This document shows, piece after piece, positions 37,549-49,070 of a stretch of DNA of 64,000 nt. The notes beneath the pieces are model-generated. The model did not search any database. It worked only from the letters and a program-made list of their open reading frames with translations, and was not told the origin of the DNA. Position 1 is the stretch's first letter, and each line of letters starts with the position of its first letter. The stretch comes from TPA_inf: Saccharomyces. Its lineage: Eukaryota. The position numbers and the translations under genes are program-made. The stretch lies in contig BK006938.2 of the NCBI GenBank assembly GCA_000146045.2, forward strand, positions 672,001-736,000. The letters are read 5' to 3'.

Positions 37549-40500
37549 ATGTGCAGTAGTATAAATGAAGGTCCGTATAATTCGCCCACTTTTGGAAAAT
37601 CATTATCGTTGAAAGTAGATGGTGGGTTCAATGCCGTATCTATCAATCCCTCTGGTAGGGATATTGTTTTGGCCAGTCGGCAAGGTCTTTATATTATCGA
37701 CCTGGATGATCCGTTTACACCTCCAAGGTGGTTGCATCATATTACGCCCTGGCAAGTTGCTGATGTACAATGGTCGCCACATCCCGCAAAACCATATTGG
37801 ATAGTCTCGACATCGAATCAAAAGGCAATCATATGGAACTTAGCAAAATCTTCATCAAATGCCATTGAGTTTGTACTTCATGGGCACTCAAGAGCAATTA
37901 CAGATATAAACTTCAATCCGCAACATCCGGATGTTTTAGCTACCTGTTCAGTCGATACGTATGTACATGCTTGGGATATGAGAAGTCCACATAGACCATT
38001 TTATTCGACAAGTTCATGGAGATCTGCTGCTTCTCAAGTGAAGTGGAATTACAAGGATCCTAACGTCTTGGCATCTTCACATGGAAATGATATATTTGTG
38101 TGGGATTTGAGAAAAGGCTCCACTCCCCTCTGTTCTTTGAAAGGCCATGTAAGCTCCGTAAATAGCATAGATTTTAACCGGTTCAAATATTCTGAAATTA
38201 TGTCGAGTTCGAACGATGGGACGGTGAAGTTTTGGGATTATTCAAAAAGTACGACAGAATCAAAGAGAACTGTAACAACAAATTTTCCAATCTGGAGAGG
38301 ACGTTACCTTCCTTTTGGAGAAGGTTATTGTATTATGCCAATGGTTGGAGGCAATAACGCAGTTTATCTGATTAATCTATGCGACGATGATGACAGTGAA
38401 CAAAATAAGAAGACGAAACTCCAGCCAATATATGCATTTAAAGGGCATAGTGACCGAGTAATTGACTTTCTTTGGAGATCAAGACATACGTGCGATGGGG
38501 ATTACGACGATCGTGAATTTCAATTGGTTACTTGGTCCAAAGACTGCGATTTAAAACTATGGCCAATTTCTGATAGTATTTATGGGAAAGTTAACTTTGA
38601 CAGAGGCAAGAGACTTGAGGAGAAACTACCAGATTATGATTATTGCTCATACAATAAGGAACCTGAAAATAGGGAAAATGTTCAAAAGAATGAGTTTAGG
38701 CGTTTACGAGAAAACTTTGTGACAACTTCTGGATTGAAGAAAAACAAGACAAACCACATAACATGGCTCTCAGGAATTAGAATGAATAGCGCAACTTCAC
38801 AAGAGGATTTATTCAATGAGACAAAAATCCAAAATTTAGGAGAGGAAGTAAGCGCCATTGGTCACAAGTTCCCAAAAGTCGTTTTTGAAAAGATATCCGT
38901 GTCCACAAGGGAATTGTGCCTGACGCTTAATGGCCCCTGGTCAGAGGAAAATCCTGATGATTATATATTCTTACGAATAAGTATTAATTTCCCTCTCAAC
39001 TATCCAAACAAAGGGGACCCCCCCAAATTCACAATTGAAGAGAATTCAAATTTAACCATGAGTAAGAGACAAGAAATACTTTCCAATTTAGCAACAATTG
39101 GTCAAAAGTATACTGACTCAAATCTTTACTGCCTGGAGCCATGTATACGATTTGTTTTAGGTGAGAAGGTTAGCCTGGAGGACATCGAAGAAGGGCAAGA
39201 ACCCTTATTAAATTTTGATATTGCAGATCACATAGATTTTGAAGAATTATCGTCACTGGATAGTTCATATTCCGATTCTCAAAACCCGGAAAACCTTTCT
39301 TCGCAATCAGATATAGAGTCATACAAGGAAGCACTGGTATTCCCAGATACTTCGAATCAAGGTTTGGATTTTGGAAGAAATTTAGCTCTTGATACGACAC
39401 CTGTTCCAAATGGGTGTGGATCTTGTTGGACTGCAACAGGTGAACTCTTCTGCTTCTTTGCAAATGAGAAAAAACCCGAGAAAAAGCAAAATGCAATAAT
39501 TAAACTCTCTCAAAAAGAAGCAGGGGTAGAGAAGCATCCTTTTAAAATTGAGCCTCAAGTTTTATATGATAAGGAAGTTGACAGCAGTGTAATCACCGCT
39601 GCTGATGAATTGAAAGCTCGCCCTAAGCGGTACGTGGACACCTTGGGGCTGGGAGGCGGTACTAATGGGGATTCAAGAACATACTTTGACGACGAGACAT
39701 CTTCCGACGATTCATTTGATAGTGTCGCGGACGATTGGGACGATATATTGAGAAATGATATAATAGTGAGAACAAAAATTCCAATACTAAGAGGTAATTT
39801 TAAAGCTTTCAGCTCAGTACATTCGGAATCCGGGAAAACAGTAGAATCTACCAAAAAAAATAAGAATTTAGTGATTTCCAAAAATTTCAGCAGTTTATTA
39901 AGCGACCGCAAAGAACTAGCATTAGAATACTTATTTATGGATGCCACACCGGAAGGATTTGCTAGAAATAACGCTTTGGTGGCAGAAAAGTTTGACCTTG
40001 ATGAAATTAGTCATTGTTGGCAAATATTATCTGATATGTTGATAGACCAAAGTGATTACGATCCTTATACTACTATATGGAATAACCATCCCATGGGGAT
40101 AAAGTGGTTCATAAAGGAAGCGATTGTCTACTTTGAGAGGCAACAAAATTTACAGATGCTGGCCATGTTATGCTGTGTCATATTAAGCGCCAGGAGAAAA
40201 AAGATTCCAGCCAGATATTATGGGCAAGAATTAGAGAATATGGAAGGAACCATTGTGTTTAATGACAACGAAAGTCAAAACACATCATTTTGGAAAGGAT
40301 CTGATGCTTTTTCCACCAGGTCTAGGAGTAGCACTGTTACACCAAATTTTTATGGTAATCATTTGAGAGGAAAAAACATTCATGGAGGAGACAACTCCTC
40401 AATAAGGTCCGACGACCACCACGCTAGGTTAAGGACGCACAACACTCTTAATGGTAGTAGTAAATTTACGGAGCCGGCCCAAAAGCAGGGCAGCCGTGCC

Positions 40501-40995
40501 ATTTCATCCAGCCCTTTTCATAGTAGAATGCCTGACATCAAAGTCGAGCTTTTACATGACGATATTATAGAAGCTTATGAACAAGAAGACCTCTTACATT
40601 TAGAGGTATCAGACATACCAAAGTTCCAAACTTATATTTATCAATATTCAAAGTTACTTTTTAGATGGGGACTGCCTTTAGAAAGGGTCAAAATTCTAAA
40701 AGTTAGTACTGATTTCAGAAGTTCTTATAGTTCCCAAGGCATCCCCCCTAACAATAACAAGAAAAGTCCTTACAATGGTGTACTTACGCACTGGATCGAG
40801 AACAACGAGTTTGGAGAAGAAAAATTCCTAGCCCGAAATTGTAATTACTGTGATTTAAGAGTGACAAGAAGTAGCTTCATATGTGGAAATTGTCAACATG
40901 TTTTACACTCTTCGTGCGCGAGGATATGGTGGGAGATTGGTGATGAGTGCCCATCTGGATGTGGGTGCAATTGTCCGGAAATGTTCGATGCCTAA
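37549..40995 (+). CDS. MTC5: SEACAT/GATOR2 complex WD40-RING protein Mtc5/Sea3 (YDR128W), 1148 aa
   Basis: N-terminal WD40 repeats. C-terminal Cys/His-rich RING-like domain (CNYCDLRV...CGNCQHVLHSSC...CPSGCGCNC). Confidence 0.85.
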   Translation: MCSSINEGPYNSPTFGKSLSLKVDGGFNAVSINPSGRDIVLASRQGLYIIDLDDPFTPPRWLHHITPWQVADVQWSPHPAKPYWIVSTSNQKAIIWNLAKSSSNAIEFVLHGHSRAITDINFNPQHPDVLATCSVDTYVHAWDMRSPHRPFYSTSSWRSAASQVKWNYKDPNVLASSHGNDIFVWDLRKGSTPLCSLKGHVSSVNSIDFNRFKYSEIMSSSNDGTVKFWDYSKSTTESKRTVTTNFPIWRGRYLPFGEGYCIMPMVGGNNAVYLINLCDDDDSEQNKKTKLQPIYAFKGHSDRVIDFLWRSRHTCDGDYDDREFQLVTWSKDCDLKLWPISDSIYGKVNFDRGKRLEEKLPDYDYCSYNKEPENRENVQKNEFRRLRENFVTTSGLKKNKTNHITWLSGIRMNSATSQEDLFNETKIQNLGEEVSAIGHKFPKVVFEKISVSTRELCLTLNGPWSEENPDDYIFLRISINFPLNYPNKGDPPKFTIEENSNLTMSKRQEILSNLATIGQKYTDSNLYCLEPCIRFVLGEKVSLEDIEEGQEPLLNFDIADHIDFEELSSLDSSYSDSQNPENLSSQSDIESYKEALVFPDTSNQGLDFGRNLALDTTPVPNGCGSCWTATGELFCFFANEKKPEKKQNAIIKLSQKEAGVEKHPFKIEPQVLYDKEVDSSVITAADELKARPKRYVDTLGLGGGTNGDSRTYFDDETSSDDSFDSVADDWDDILRNDIIVRTKIPILRGNFKAFSSVHSESGKTVESTKKNKNLVISKNFSSLLSDRKELALEYLFMDATPEGFARNNALVAEKFDLDEISHCWQILSDMLIDQSDYDPYTTIWNNHPMGIKWFIKEAIVYFERQQNLQMLAMLCCVILSARRKKIPARYYGQELENMEGTIVFNDNESQNTSFWKGSDAFSTRSRSSTVTPNFYGNHLRGKNIHGGDNSSIRSDDHHARLRTHNTLNGSSKFTEPAQKQGSRAISSSPFHSRMPDIKVELLHDDIIEAYEQEDLLHLEVSDIPKFQTYIYQYSKLLFRWGLPLERVKILKVSTDFRSSYSSQGIPPNNNKKSPYNGVLTHWIENNEFGEEKFLARNCNYCDLRVTRSSFICGNCQHVLHSSCARIWWEIGDECPSGCGCNCPEMFDA

Positions 40996-41339
40996 AAGCT
41001 TAACTATCACGTACATTTTCTGCATATTTCAAAGAACCTTGGATGTATATGAAAAAAAGTTCACAGGATATATGGCTTAATAAGTAGTTTATTTACGATT
41101 TTTTAATCCAGTAGAGGCATGATAGAAGACGACAACGGAATCATTGAGCGTTGGAGGCATTTTTACAATGGCTCAGTAATCACGAATAAAAGTAGGTGGA
41201 AGTTGAAATCTATTATTACATATTAAAAACTTCAGAAATACTTGAGGCTATATATTGTTGTACACTTAACCAATCGTATAACGGAGCATTGGAACAAGAA
41301 AGCTGAGTAGAAAACAGGTTACGAAAGTTGTTTGTTGGC

Positions 41340-43379
41340 TCATTTGTTCAAAGTCATTAACGAAGCGATAAAAGTAATAATTAATCTTGCACGAACTTCG
41401 TTGATATCTTCTGGCACCAACCAAATCAAAGCACCCAACTTTCTAGCAATAGAAATAGCCAATCTTGCGTTTGCGTACCTTTCTTCCTCGGTGTTACCAG
41501 GGGTGACTAGATCATAATCAACATAGCCCGGCGCGATACCATTCAGAACATCCAATAAGAAGTGGGCGTTTGATAAAGCTTGGTCCTTAAATGATCTAAT
41601 GGTAGAGTTTTTACCACCTTTAGTTACCTGGTCTTGGGCCCACTTTAATATTTGAGAATCACTCATGTCTCTACCACTTGAGGATAATGTCTTCATGGTT
41701 ATCGAAATATTTCTACGCATCAATTGCCACACTAACCCTAAGGTCAGTAATTTGTTACCATCTACAATATCAGATCCTTCGATACCAACCAAAGAAAATC
41801 CTTTGGCTCTGCCCAAGTCGACTGCATAGTTGGTGTTTTCTAAGGCTTTGAATCTGGATATCTCTGCACCCGAGGCCGGTCTTTTGTTGACATGTTTAAA
41901 ATCAACAGCACCGGGCATCACCTTTTCGTAAGCTTGCAATAATATCAAACCATCCTTCAAATCATCAAACAGCGAAATGACAGGTGGATCAACGTCAAGA
42001 GAGTTCAACCATAAGGTAAAGACTCTTGCCTCTCTCTCACCTTCGGCGTCAAATTCTTCAATTTCAGGCTTTTCCTCTTCCTGAATAGGCTCTAATCCAG
42101 GATGTGTATTGAATAGATGTGCCACGAAAGCCAGGTTTAATTTAGGGTTCCCCGCAACTAATGAACTTGGGGTTAAATACTTTCTACAATCTAGCTTTTC
42201 AGCATTTTGTAAAACTTGCTCAGCTCTCTCCATTAAATCTGTGGTTTGTAATGGTGCCTTAGAACACAAGGCGGGGTCCAACTGGTTCAACAAGATAGTA
42301 TAGTTTTCACCATCAGACACGTCTTTTGAAAAATTGGTAACCCTTCTGTTCCAGTTTGCTTGCTTCAAATGGTAGTTAAACCAACGTAGTAGAATTTGCT
42401 CCGGAGGCAACCTCAAAAATTGCTCCAACGTTTCATCATCCTCCAATAGACGGTATAACTCAGGATGCAGCTTAATATCAATTTTACTTAACAAACCTCT
42501 CCTAATAATTTGCCAAATCAAACCCAGGATCAAATGCTCTCTACCTTCAATAATGTCCTCGGAATGAACATTAACAACGACACAACCAATGGCTTTTGCA
42601 GAATTAATAACAATATTAGCATTTTCACTAGCCTGAAAATTATTCAATTCCTTACCCTTCTTAGGCCAATTCAAAACTCTTGTATCGATAGTATCAGGAA
42701 CAGAGTCGTTGATCAACTTAGATAGCACCAACCCATCCCTACATTCATCAAATAATTGGAAAGTATCAGTAGGAAATGGAAGCAAATCACCTATATCTTG
42801 GTCTCCCGCCAAGACGCTATTGATATGTTTAGTAAATTCACGTCTTTCTTCTTCATTGATGGTATGTGTAGTACCTGTTTGGGAGCCAGCAACAATAATC
42901 TTGGCTTGAGTACCCTTACCCTTGTGCTGTAGTCCTGTGGCAGCAGTGGAAACAATAGGGGTTGAGTTAGGTGCTACGTTGAAAGTGGTCTGTGGAGCAG
43001 CTCCTGTTTTAGATTCTCTTAATTTTGCAACCAACCCGACGTAATCGTCCAGTTCAACACGGCCTGACGCATCCACACCCACATGCTTCAGGGTTTCTCT
43101 TGCTTCGTCATAAGTAGCATCACCATCTTTGGACACCGCTTCTAGAGCTTGCTGTTTTTCAACCCATCCTTTATCATCTAAGTCAATGGCTCTGAACTTT
43201 TCAATTGTGGAAAAAAGATCCTCTTGAGTCAAAATTGGAAATTTTCTCTAATCGCAGAAGAGTTTGTTAGTATATGAAACGTTTATTACAACCTAAAAGG
43301 TAGAAAAAACTTTTTCACTGTGCTCAGCAGTGTGGGAATTCGAGAAAGGCATACATACTTGTAATTTGACAATATTCAT
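41340..43379 (-). CDS. SAC6: Fimbrin (actin-bundling protein) Sac6 (YDR129C), 642 aa, spliced: join(43379..43359, 43247..41340) on the minus strand
   Basis: Exon 1 is ATGAATATTGTCAAATTACAA (MNIVKLQ), followed by a GTATGT donor at 43358..43353. The branchpoint TACTAAC is the complement of 43266..43272. The acceptor AG is at 43249..43248. Exon 2 begins AGAAAATTTCCAATTTTG (RKFPIL...). EF-hand region, then four calponin-homology domains. The listed ORF 'Met' at 43232 is really TTG (Leu). Confidence 0.9.
43248..43358 (-). other. SAC6 intron (111 nt)
   Basis: GTATGT donor, TACTAAC branchpoint about 18 nt upstream of the acceptor, and the AG acceptor are all read directly. Splicing restores the known Sac6 N-terminus MNIVKLQRKFPILTQEDLF. 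Confidence 0.85.
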
Positions 43380-43746
43380 TGTGTTTTGGTGTACTCCTTA
43401 GGGCTAATATATCAGCTTCTTCTCTGATAATTTTAGTGTAAAGAGCTTTCTTGTTCTCCTGAAATAACCAAAATTTATATCGATAAATCTTCATTATAAA
43501 CTTCGCCCCGTACTTTTGATATTTTTCCGCCTCCCGAGGAGTGCTTTTTCACATGAAGGCCATCGGGAACAAGAAGAAAAGCCGTTCACGTAAGAAAATA
43601 GGACCCTATATCCGGTCAGGATCACTCAAGCTGTATGTAAATGTAATATAGACAAAGCACCTTTAACTGCTAAGAATTAATTATAGTGTCGGAAATATAA
43701 CATAACTTGCTTACTTCCTGTGTAAAAAATGTGAGAAGGGATATGA

Positions 43747-44622
43747 TTACTTATGTTTCGGTATTTCCGTGAGTTGAAGTTCGATATTGGATAATCTTGA
43801 TTCAATCTCTCGCTGTCTTCTCAACATTTGTAGTAGCAAGTCCTTTATTTCTTTAAGTTCCACGGTTTCTTCAGTCACTATATTATCAGGTAGTTTAAAT
43901 TTTACACTTTTCTGGAAACTAGCTTTGTGTATCTTACCTTCGTTCGCCAGCATGGAATTCAGTTTAGTGTTCGATTTAGTAAGGGATTCTATGCCATTTC
44001 CCACGTCTTCCTCTTCTTTCTTGAGTTCAACTAATAAATTCTTCCCTTTCAATTTAGCTCGAGGAAGGTCATTCTCAAATGGGGCGTCCTTGAGCTCAGT
44101 ATTAGAACAGAGGTCAGTGTTGCTTTTGGCATCCGATGGGAGAATATGTTGCTGCTGTTGCTGCTGTATCCTTTCAGGTGACATGAGTCCATTCTTAAAC
44201 CGGGCCCGTATTCTCGTTAACGAACCATCACCCCCGATTTTATTTTCATTACTGAATGTCAGTTTGGTTGGTGATGTAGGGAATATTATATTAGTTATAT
44301 GATCTGAGTTTTGGATCTTCACATTTTTATTCGAATTTTTGAACTGAGGCCTATCCAGGCTTTGAGTTTCCTTAGAGACATAGCCCTTCAGACATTCCGG
44401 CGACATAATCCTTCTTGGTGTTACTTGTATACTATGCTTCATTCCATCTGTCTTGTTAGGTGATATCCTCATAGGTGGTTTCAAAAACTCTTTTTGGCTT
44501 GTCGTCCTCAAAGGGGACATACTCAATCTCACAAAGACATTGTCCTTGTCACTTGGTATATTATTTCGACCAATCGTATTCCCTATGTCACGTAAACTCC
44601 TGCGGTTGCTTTTATTGCTCAT
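43747..44622 (-). CDS. FIN1: Spindle-stabilising filament protein Fin1 (YDR130C), 291 aa
   Basis: Length and synteny. Basic Ser/Pro-rich N-terminal half with S/TP Cdk sites, a Q7 run, and a C-terminal coiled coil. Confidence 0.8.
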   Translation of the reverse strand: MSNKSNRRSLRDIGNTIGRNNIPSDKDNVFVRLSMSPLRTTSQKEFLKPPMRISPNKTDGMKHSIQVTPRRIMSPECLKGYVSKETQSLDRPQFKNSNKNVKIQNSDHITNIIFPTSPTKLTFSNENKIGGDGSLTRIRARFKNGLMSPERIQQQQQQHILPSDAKSNTDLCSNTELKDAPFENDLPRAKLKGKNLLVELKKEEEDVGNGIESLTKSNTKLNSMLANEGKIHKASFQKSVKFKLPDNIVTEETVELKEIKDLLLQMLRRQREIESRLSNIELQLTEIPKHK

Positions 44623-44789
44623 AATTTGTTTTATTGAACTATGTCACATCACTGCAATCCAGTGAGAACACTGAGAAAGCTCTAACTAGACTATACAATC
44701 CATTTGTTTTGATTTCCTCTTGTTGACAATTTGCAGTATTTAGAGTATATATCATTATGTACGTGTTATAACCGCCATGTCTCACAGTA

Positions 44790-46460
44790 TCAACTAAATA
44801 GAGCTTCTGCGTCCACCAATTCATAAACAGAGTTGCTTTTATAGCCATTATTATAGAAGAGGGGAACCGCGCATCGTTGTAACTCGTCCACTTGTATTAT
44901 TTTTGTAGGTATACCGTTGATGGTTAGATATTCTAAGTTCGGCAAACTTTGCTCAAAAACTTTAAATACGTCTTTTAGATAATGAAGGTATAAGTGGTAC
45001 AAACTAATGGCATCTTCTCTAGTAATTTTATTCACTGTAATATTCTCAGTATTTTCTATGGTGCTTTGCAGATTTTCATTGAACTTTCGTACAAACGTTT
45101 CAATAGGTACAGAATCCCATCCCATCGCAGGTGATTCGTTGTCAATAATGTTTGTATAGGGCATGATCTTGTTCTCGAAAAACATTTGGTAAAAGAAATT
45201 ATGGGCTTGGAACTTATTTGGGTTCTTTAAAAGTTTTGACCGGGTTTCAGGAAAGATTTTTTTTAGAATGACCTCGTGAATTGTATTTTTGCAAGTTGAA
45301 CAAGGGCAGAAACCATCGAAATTCAAGCGAGTTAGTGGGTTATCTGTCATGGGAAAAAAAAGCCTGTGATTTAGTTGGCAGTGTATGTCAAAACGCTGTA
45401 ATTTTTTGCCACACACTTGTTTAGATAAGAAGTTAATCAACGACACATCGAAGTCAAATTTACCCATGTAATCAAGTTTCAGTATCTTTAAATTGTGAAA
45501 CACAGCCAAACAATTCATTAGAAAAAATTCGCTGTAAACCAATGACGCTAATGATAGTTTCTCAATGTTCGGAAATTTCCAAAATCCTTCTAGCCCCCAT
45601 TTGACATATAACCTGTCAAAACCACCTTCTTCGCCAGAGGGAAAATCGTCGCGACTGTACCAAGACAAAATCTCTAGCTGCCTTAAGGTGGAAGCATCAA
45701 ATATGTCGATGTATTCTAGCTCTTTTAAGAAGTCATCGGAAGCGTCGTACTCCGCAAGGTTAAGTGTGTCGGGTCGCAAATTTAATACCAATGCTTTGAT
45801 CTTCATAGGAGACCCGGTATTTTTGAAGTACTTCAATGCGTTTATATGAATGGAAAGTTTTTCTAATCGAGATAGATCGCACTTCAAGAGCAACCGATCA
45901 ATTTTATTCAAATAAGAACCGCTTACACTGTTATGGGTGGGCATTAACGTTGGTGGCGTTAATGTTAGAGTTTTTAATTGCTTTGATAAAGGTTCTAGCC
46001 CCTTGTTAACTGATGAGCGAACAAATTGATCGACAAATTTCAAATTGGATCCATACTCGGATAGCAATTTAAGTACATTTGTCATCACATCTTCATTTAA
46101 ATGCCATGTACAACGTATTCGATTAATTAAGGGACATAATCTTTTCGGTGACTCTGCTAATGTTCTTTCGAAATAACTAAATTTCACTTTAGCTAGTCTT
46201 CTATTCGACATGTCGTTTTTAGTATTGGAATCATCTTCATCTATGTAGTGAAAGTTTAGGACAGACCAATAACAGGTTCCAAATGAGTTATCATAGTCAC
46301 CATTGATGTGATAGGTTTCATTAAGAAATAAATTCTGGTAGATGAAAGGTATAATTGATTCATAGGATCTTTTGCATACATATGTTAACGAAATTTTATC
46401 TTCCTGCGGAATTCTCCAGGCAATTTGTTTAAAAATCTCATAAGGTAACTTATCAAACAT
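44790..46460 (-). CDS. F-box protein YDR131C, 556 aa (SCF substrate adaptor)
   Basis: N-terminal F-box-like segment (LPYEIFKQIAWRIPQEDKISLTYVCKRSYESI) followed by leucine-rich repeat-like sequence. Confidence 0.75.
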   Translation of the reverse strand: MFDKLPYEIFKQIAWRIPQEDKISLTYVCKRSYESIIPFIYQNLFLNETYHINGDYDNSFGTCYWSVLNFHYIDEDDSNTKNDMSNRRLAKVKFSYFERTLAESPKRLCPLINRIRCTWHLNEDVMTNVLKLLSEYGSNLKFVDQFVRSSVNKGLEPLSKQLKTLTLTPPTLMPTHNSVSGSYLNKIDRLLLKCDLSRLEKLSIHINALKYFKNTGSPMKIKALVLNLRPDTLNLAEYDASDDFLKELEYIDIFDASTLRQLEILSWYSRDDFPSGEEGGFDRLYVKWGLEGFWKFPNIEKLSLASLVYSEFFLMNCLAVFHNLKILKLDYMGKFDFDVSLINFLSKQVCGKKLQRFDIHCQLNHRLFFPMTDNPLTRLNFDGFCPCSTCKNTIHEVILKKIFPETRSKLLKNPNKFQAHNFFYQMFFENKIMPYTNIIDNESPAMGWDSVPIETFVRKFNENLQSTIENTENITVNKITREDAISLYHLYLHYLKDVFKVFEQSLPNLEYLTINGIPTKIIQVDELQRCAVPLFYNNGYKSNSVYELVDAEALFS

Positions 46461-46815
46461 TTTTCGGGCCCTTTCAAATTGGCAGTAGGGTTATTTTTAT
46501 CTATTTTAAGACACCAAAGTTTCTTCTTTTTGCACACATTATCCTACTATTTTCTCTACGTTACTTTATCTCTGGTTTTAAGAGGTGTCTGTATCCTAAT
46601 TCCCGAAGTCGATTTTTTTCTTACATATTAACTGATAAATAACAAGAGAAAAGAGACAAGAGCCTACAAAAAGTAAGAAAAGAAGCTACTACAGGAATGT
46701 GAGTTACAATGGGTTTCCGTTATACTTCAAGTACTATAATGGCATATAAAAAATACAACGGAGAGCATACATATACTTAAAAGCTTGGCAGAAGAGTAAT
46801 TTTATCAAGCTAATC

Positions 46816-48303
46816 CTACAGATATTCATATCCCTTGTAGTATTCCTTAGTTCCGTTAAATGCTATAGCTTTAATAGCTATCAGCATAATATTGCCATCT
46901 TTCACGGCCAGTTTCCAGAGAGACTTTCTTAAGTAAAGCTTTAAACCAGAACAAAATCTAAGGTCAAGTGGATCAGACACGTCAATGACCCTGTCATTGA
47001 ATTTATTTTTATCAGTTAGCAAAGTTTGAACTTGAGAAATCTTAATGCCGTTTATGTCCAAATCACAGAGATATATGCATGCTGGAAGTAAATAATGAGT
47101 TTCAATTTTCGTCTGCGTACTATCGGATGGGAACCGATACTGGTAATTTTTCAACTTAGGCGCACCAGAGGGTGTATTTGGCAAATGACTTCCAAATAAG
47201 GCCTCAAACTTATAGGCGGATTCTCCAGTTATGTCTACATGGATACTTTGGCTTTCCTTATTGAGGATTATCGTACAATCAGTCGAATTTATTTGAAATA
47301 TCAACTCTCTCGGATGCTTATCTAAAAAAGGTCTCTTATAACAAAGCATATTCCAGGAATCGTTATATTTTTCAGTCATGTCAAGTTTAATCTTTTTATT
47401 TGCTGGCTGTTCACGGGTTTTTGATAGCGAGTCGCATTCATTTATGCTACAGAAATCGTCTTCAAAGTAGGGCGAGGTTGAAAATGCAGAAGAAGCTGGA
47501 AAAGTGATGCCTTTTTTTGACAAATCCTTCAATAGGAGGCAAATCTCTTCTTTCCTTGTTATTGGGTTATAGCTAATATGAGATTTGATTAGCCGCTGTT
47601 CGAGATTTAAAAGCCTGTAATAACGGCACTCTTTTATCAAGGCATTTCTTTTATTATCATCTAGATCGATGGATGCTCCTCCCAGTAACGTCAGCAAATC
47701 TTTGAAGTACTCAGAAGATCTTGGAATGTAAGGAGCAGAATGAGATGGAGGCCTTAATAGTTTTTTAGATATTATCAGCTCTTCCACATCGATATAAACT
47801 GTAGCCGCATATATTTCGAAATAATTTGGGGAATCTCCTTCTCTTCTAAATAAATTTTTCGCTATCTTGAATGATTGTCCACCAATGTTGGTAAAATAAT
47901 AGTCCGTTTCTTTCAGTAAAGATCGCAATCGCGGTAAATTGTAGTACATCGCATCTGCGAAAAGCATGGTATATTGTACTTCATCCTTAATCTCAATTAT
48001 ATATCCTTGCAAATGTTGATAGATCCATTCAAAAACTTCGGCTGATCTGTCTATGAATAGAACCTCATTTTTATTAGATTCCATGGTATCGTTATTACTG
48101 TCATCGTTATTGGAAGGAGAGCGCTTCTTAGAAAAATATTCGGTGAAGAAACTAGGACCATCCGAGCTTAAAGAAGCACCGCTGATTTTGAATAATGATT
48201 TCCCCACCTGAATCTTATACATTTTCTCGTGTGGGAGTATTTGAGGAATATTCGGATCGAAATATTCTTGTGACAAAGTTGCTACTGTTGGAGAATTTGA
48301 CAT
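46816..48303 (-). CDS. Protein of unknown function YDR132C, 495 aa (paralog of YLR108C)
   Basis: Length and synteny. No confident motif. Confidence 0.7.
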   Translation of the reverse strand: MSNSPTVATLSQEYFDPNIPQILPHEKMYKIQVGKSLFKISGASLSSDGPSFFTEYFSKKRSPSNNDDSNNDTMESNKNEVLFIDRSAEVFEWIYQHLQGYIIEIKDEVQYTMLFADAMYYNLPRLRSLLKETDYYFTNIGGQSFKIAKNLFRREGDSPNYFEIYAATVYIDVEELIISKKLLRPPSHSAPYIPRSSEYFKDLLTLLGGASIDLDDNKRNALIKECRYYRLLNLEQRLIKSHISYNPITRKEEICLLLKDLSKKGITFPASSAFSTSPYFEDDFCSINECDSLSKTREQPANKKIKLDMTEKYNDSWNMLCYKRPFLDKHPRELIFQINSTDCTIILNKESQSIHVDITGESAYKFEALFGSHLPNTPSGAPKLKNYQYRFPSDSTQTKIETHYLLPACIYLCDLDINGIKISQVQTLLTDKNKFNDRVIDVSDPLDLRFCSGLKLYLRKSLWKLAVKDGNIMLIAIKAIAFNGTKEYYKGYEYL

Positions 48304-49070
48304 TTTCTATATGATTATATTGGGAACTTTCTTTGTTGGTAATATTTACGAGTGCCACAGACCGGTCTTTAATTCGCTATCTTTCGTTAGATTATGGTAT
48401 ATAACATTCACACATAAGATATACATTTTTTTCACTGCTCAGACTATTCAATTTTATTCGAGAGGAGAATCCATTAGAATTTTGACTTAGTAAGCAATTG
48501 CGGCTTACATGATTTTCCAAGAAGTTCAGTCGCCCGTGCAACAAAGACAAAAGCAAGCTAAGAAAAATGCCAGCTCAGTGGTCCGGATAAAATCTTAAAA
48601 GGATACGTTTGTAAAAGAAGCAATGATAAGCCGGCCAGATCGTAATAATGAATCACTAATATAAAACTATTATATTTCAGAAAAGAGGAAACCGAGATAG
48701 ACTCATCGTCCGCTTATTATGTAAGATATTGAATCCATGTTCTTGATTAGCGTAAACCGACTGGGCAAACAAAAAAACATTATTTTTGAATTAACGAACC
48801 TTAAACAACCTATATTAAGATATATGATAAAAATACAATGCAACCAGTATATATAAAAAAAGTTTAGTTGCGTGTAACCTAAGAGATATTAACTTTATAT
48901 TAATATTATTATAATAAACATTTAGTTATGGAGTGTTGCCTCCTAGAATTAGAATAAGAAATTACCAGAATATCTTATTAATTGAAATAAAACGATTTTG
49001 TGGAAGCTGTATTGACGGAAAAGTACTTAACCATTTTTCTAAAAATATATTAAAGAAAAGGTTGAGTAAA

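Noticed and set aside
41340-43232. ORF-track start codons shown as 'M' at 43232 (SAC6 fragment), 49262 (YDR134C distal part) and 63815 (DOP1 fragment)
   Set aside because: The underlying codons are TTG, not ATG. The track evidently allows alternative starts. The real starts are explained by splicing (SAC6), by a nonsense-interrupted frame (YDR134C) or by lying outside the window (DOP1).
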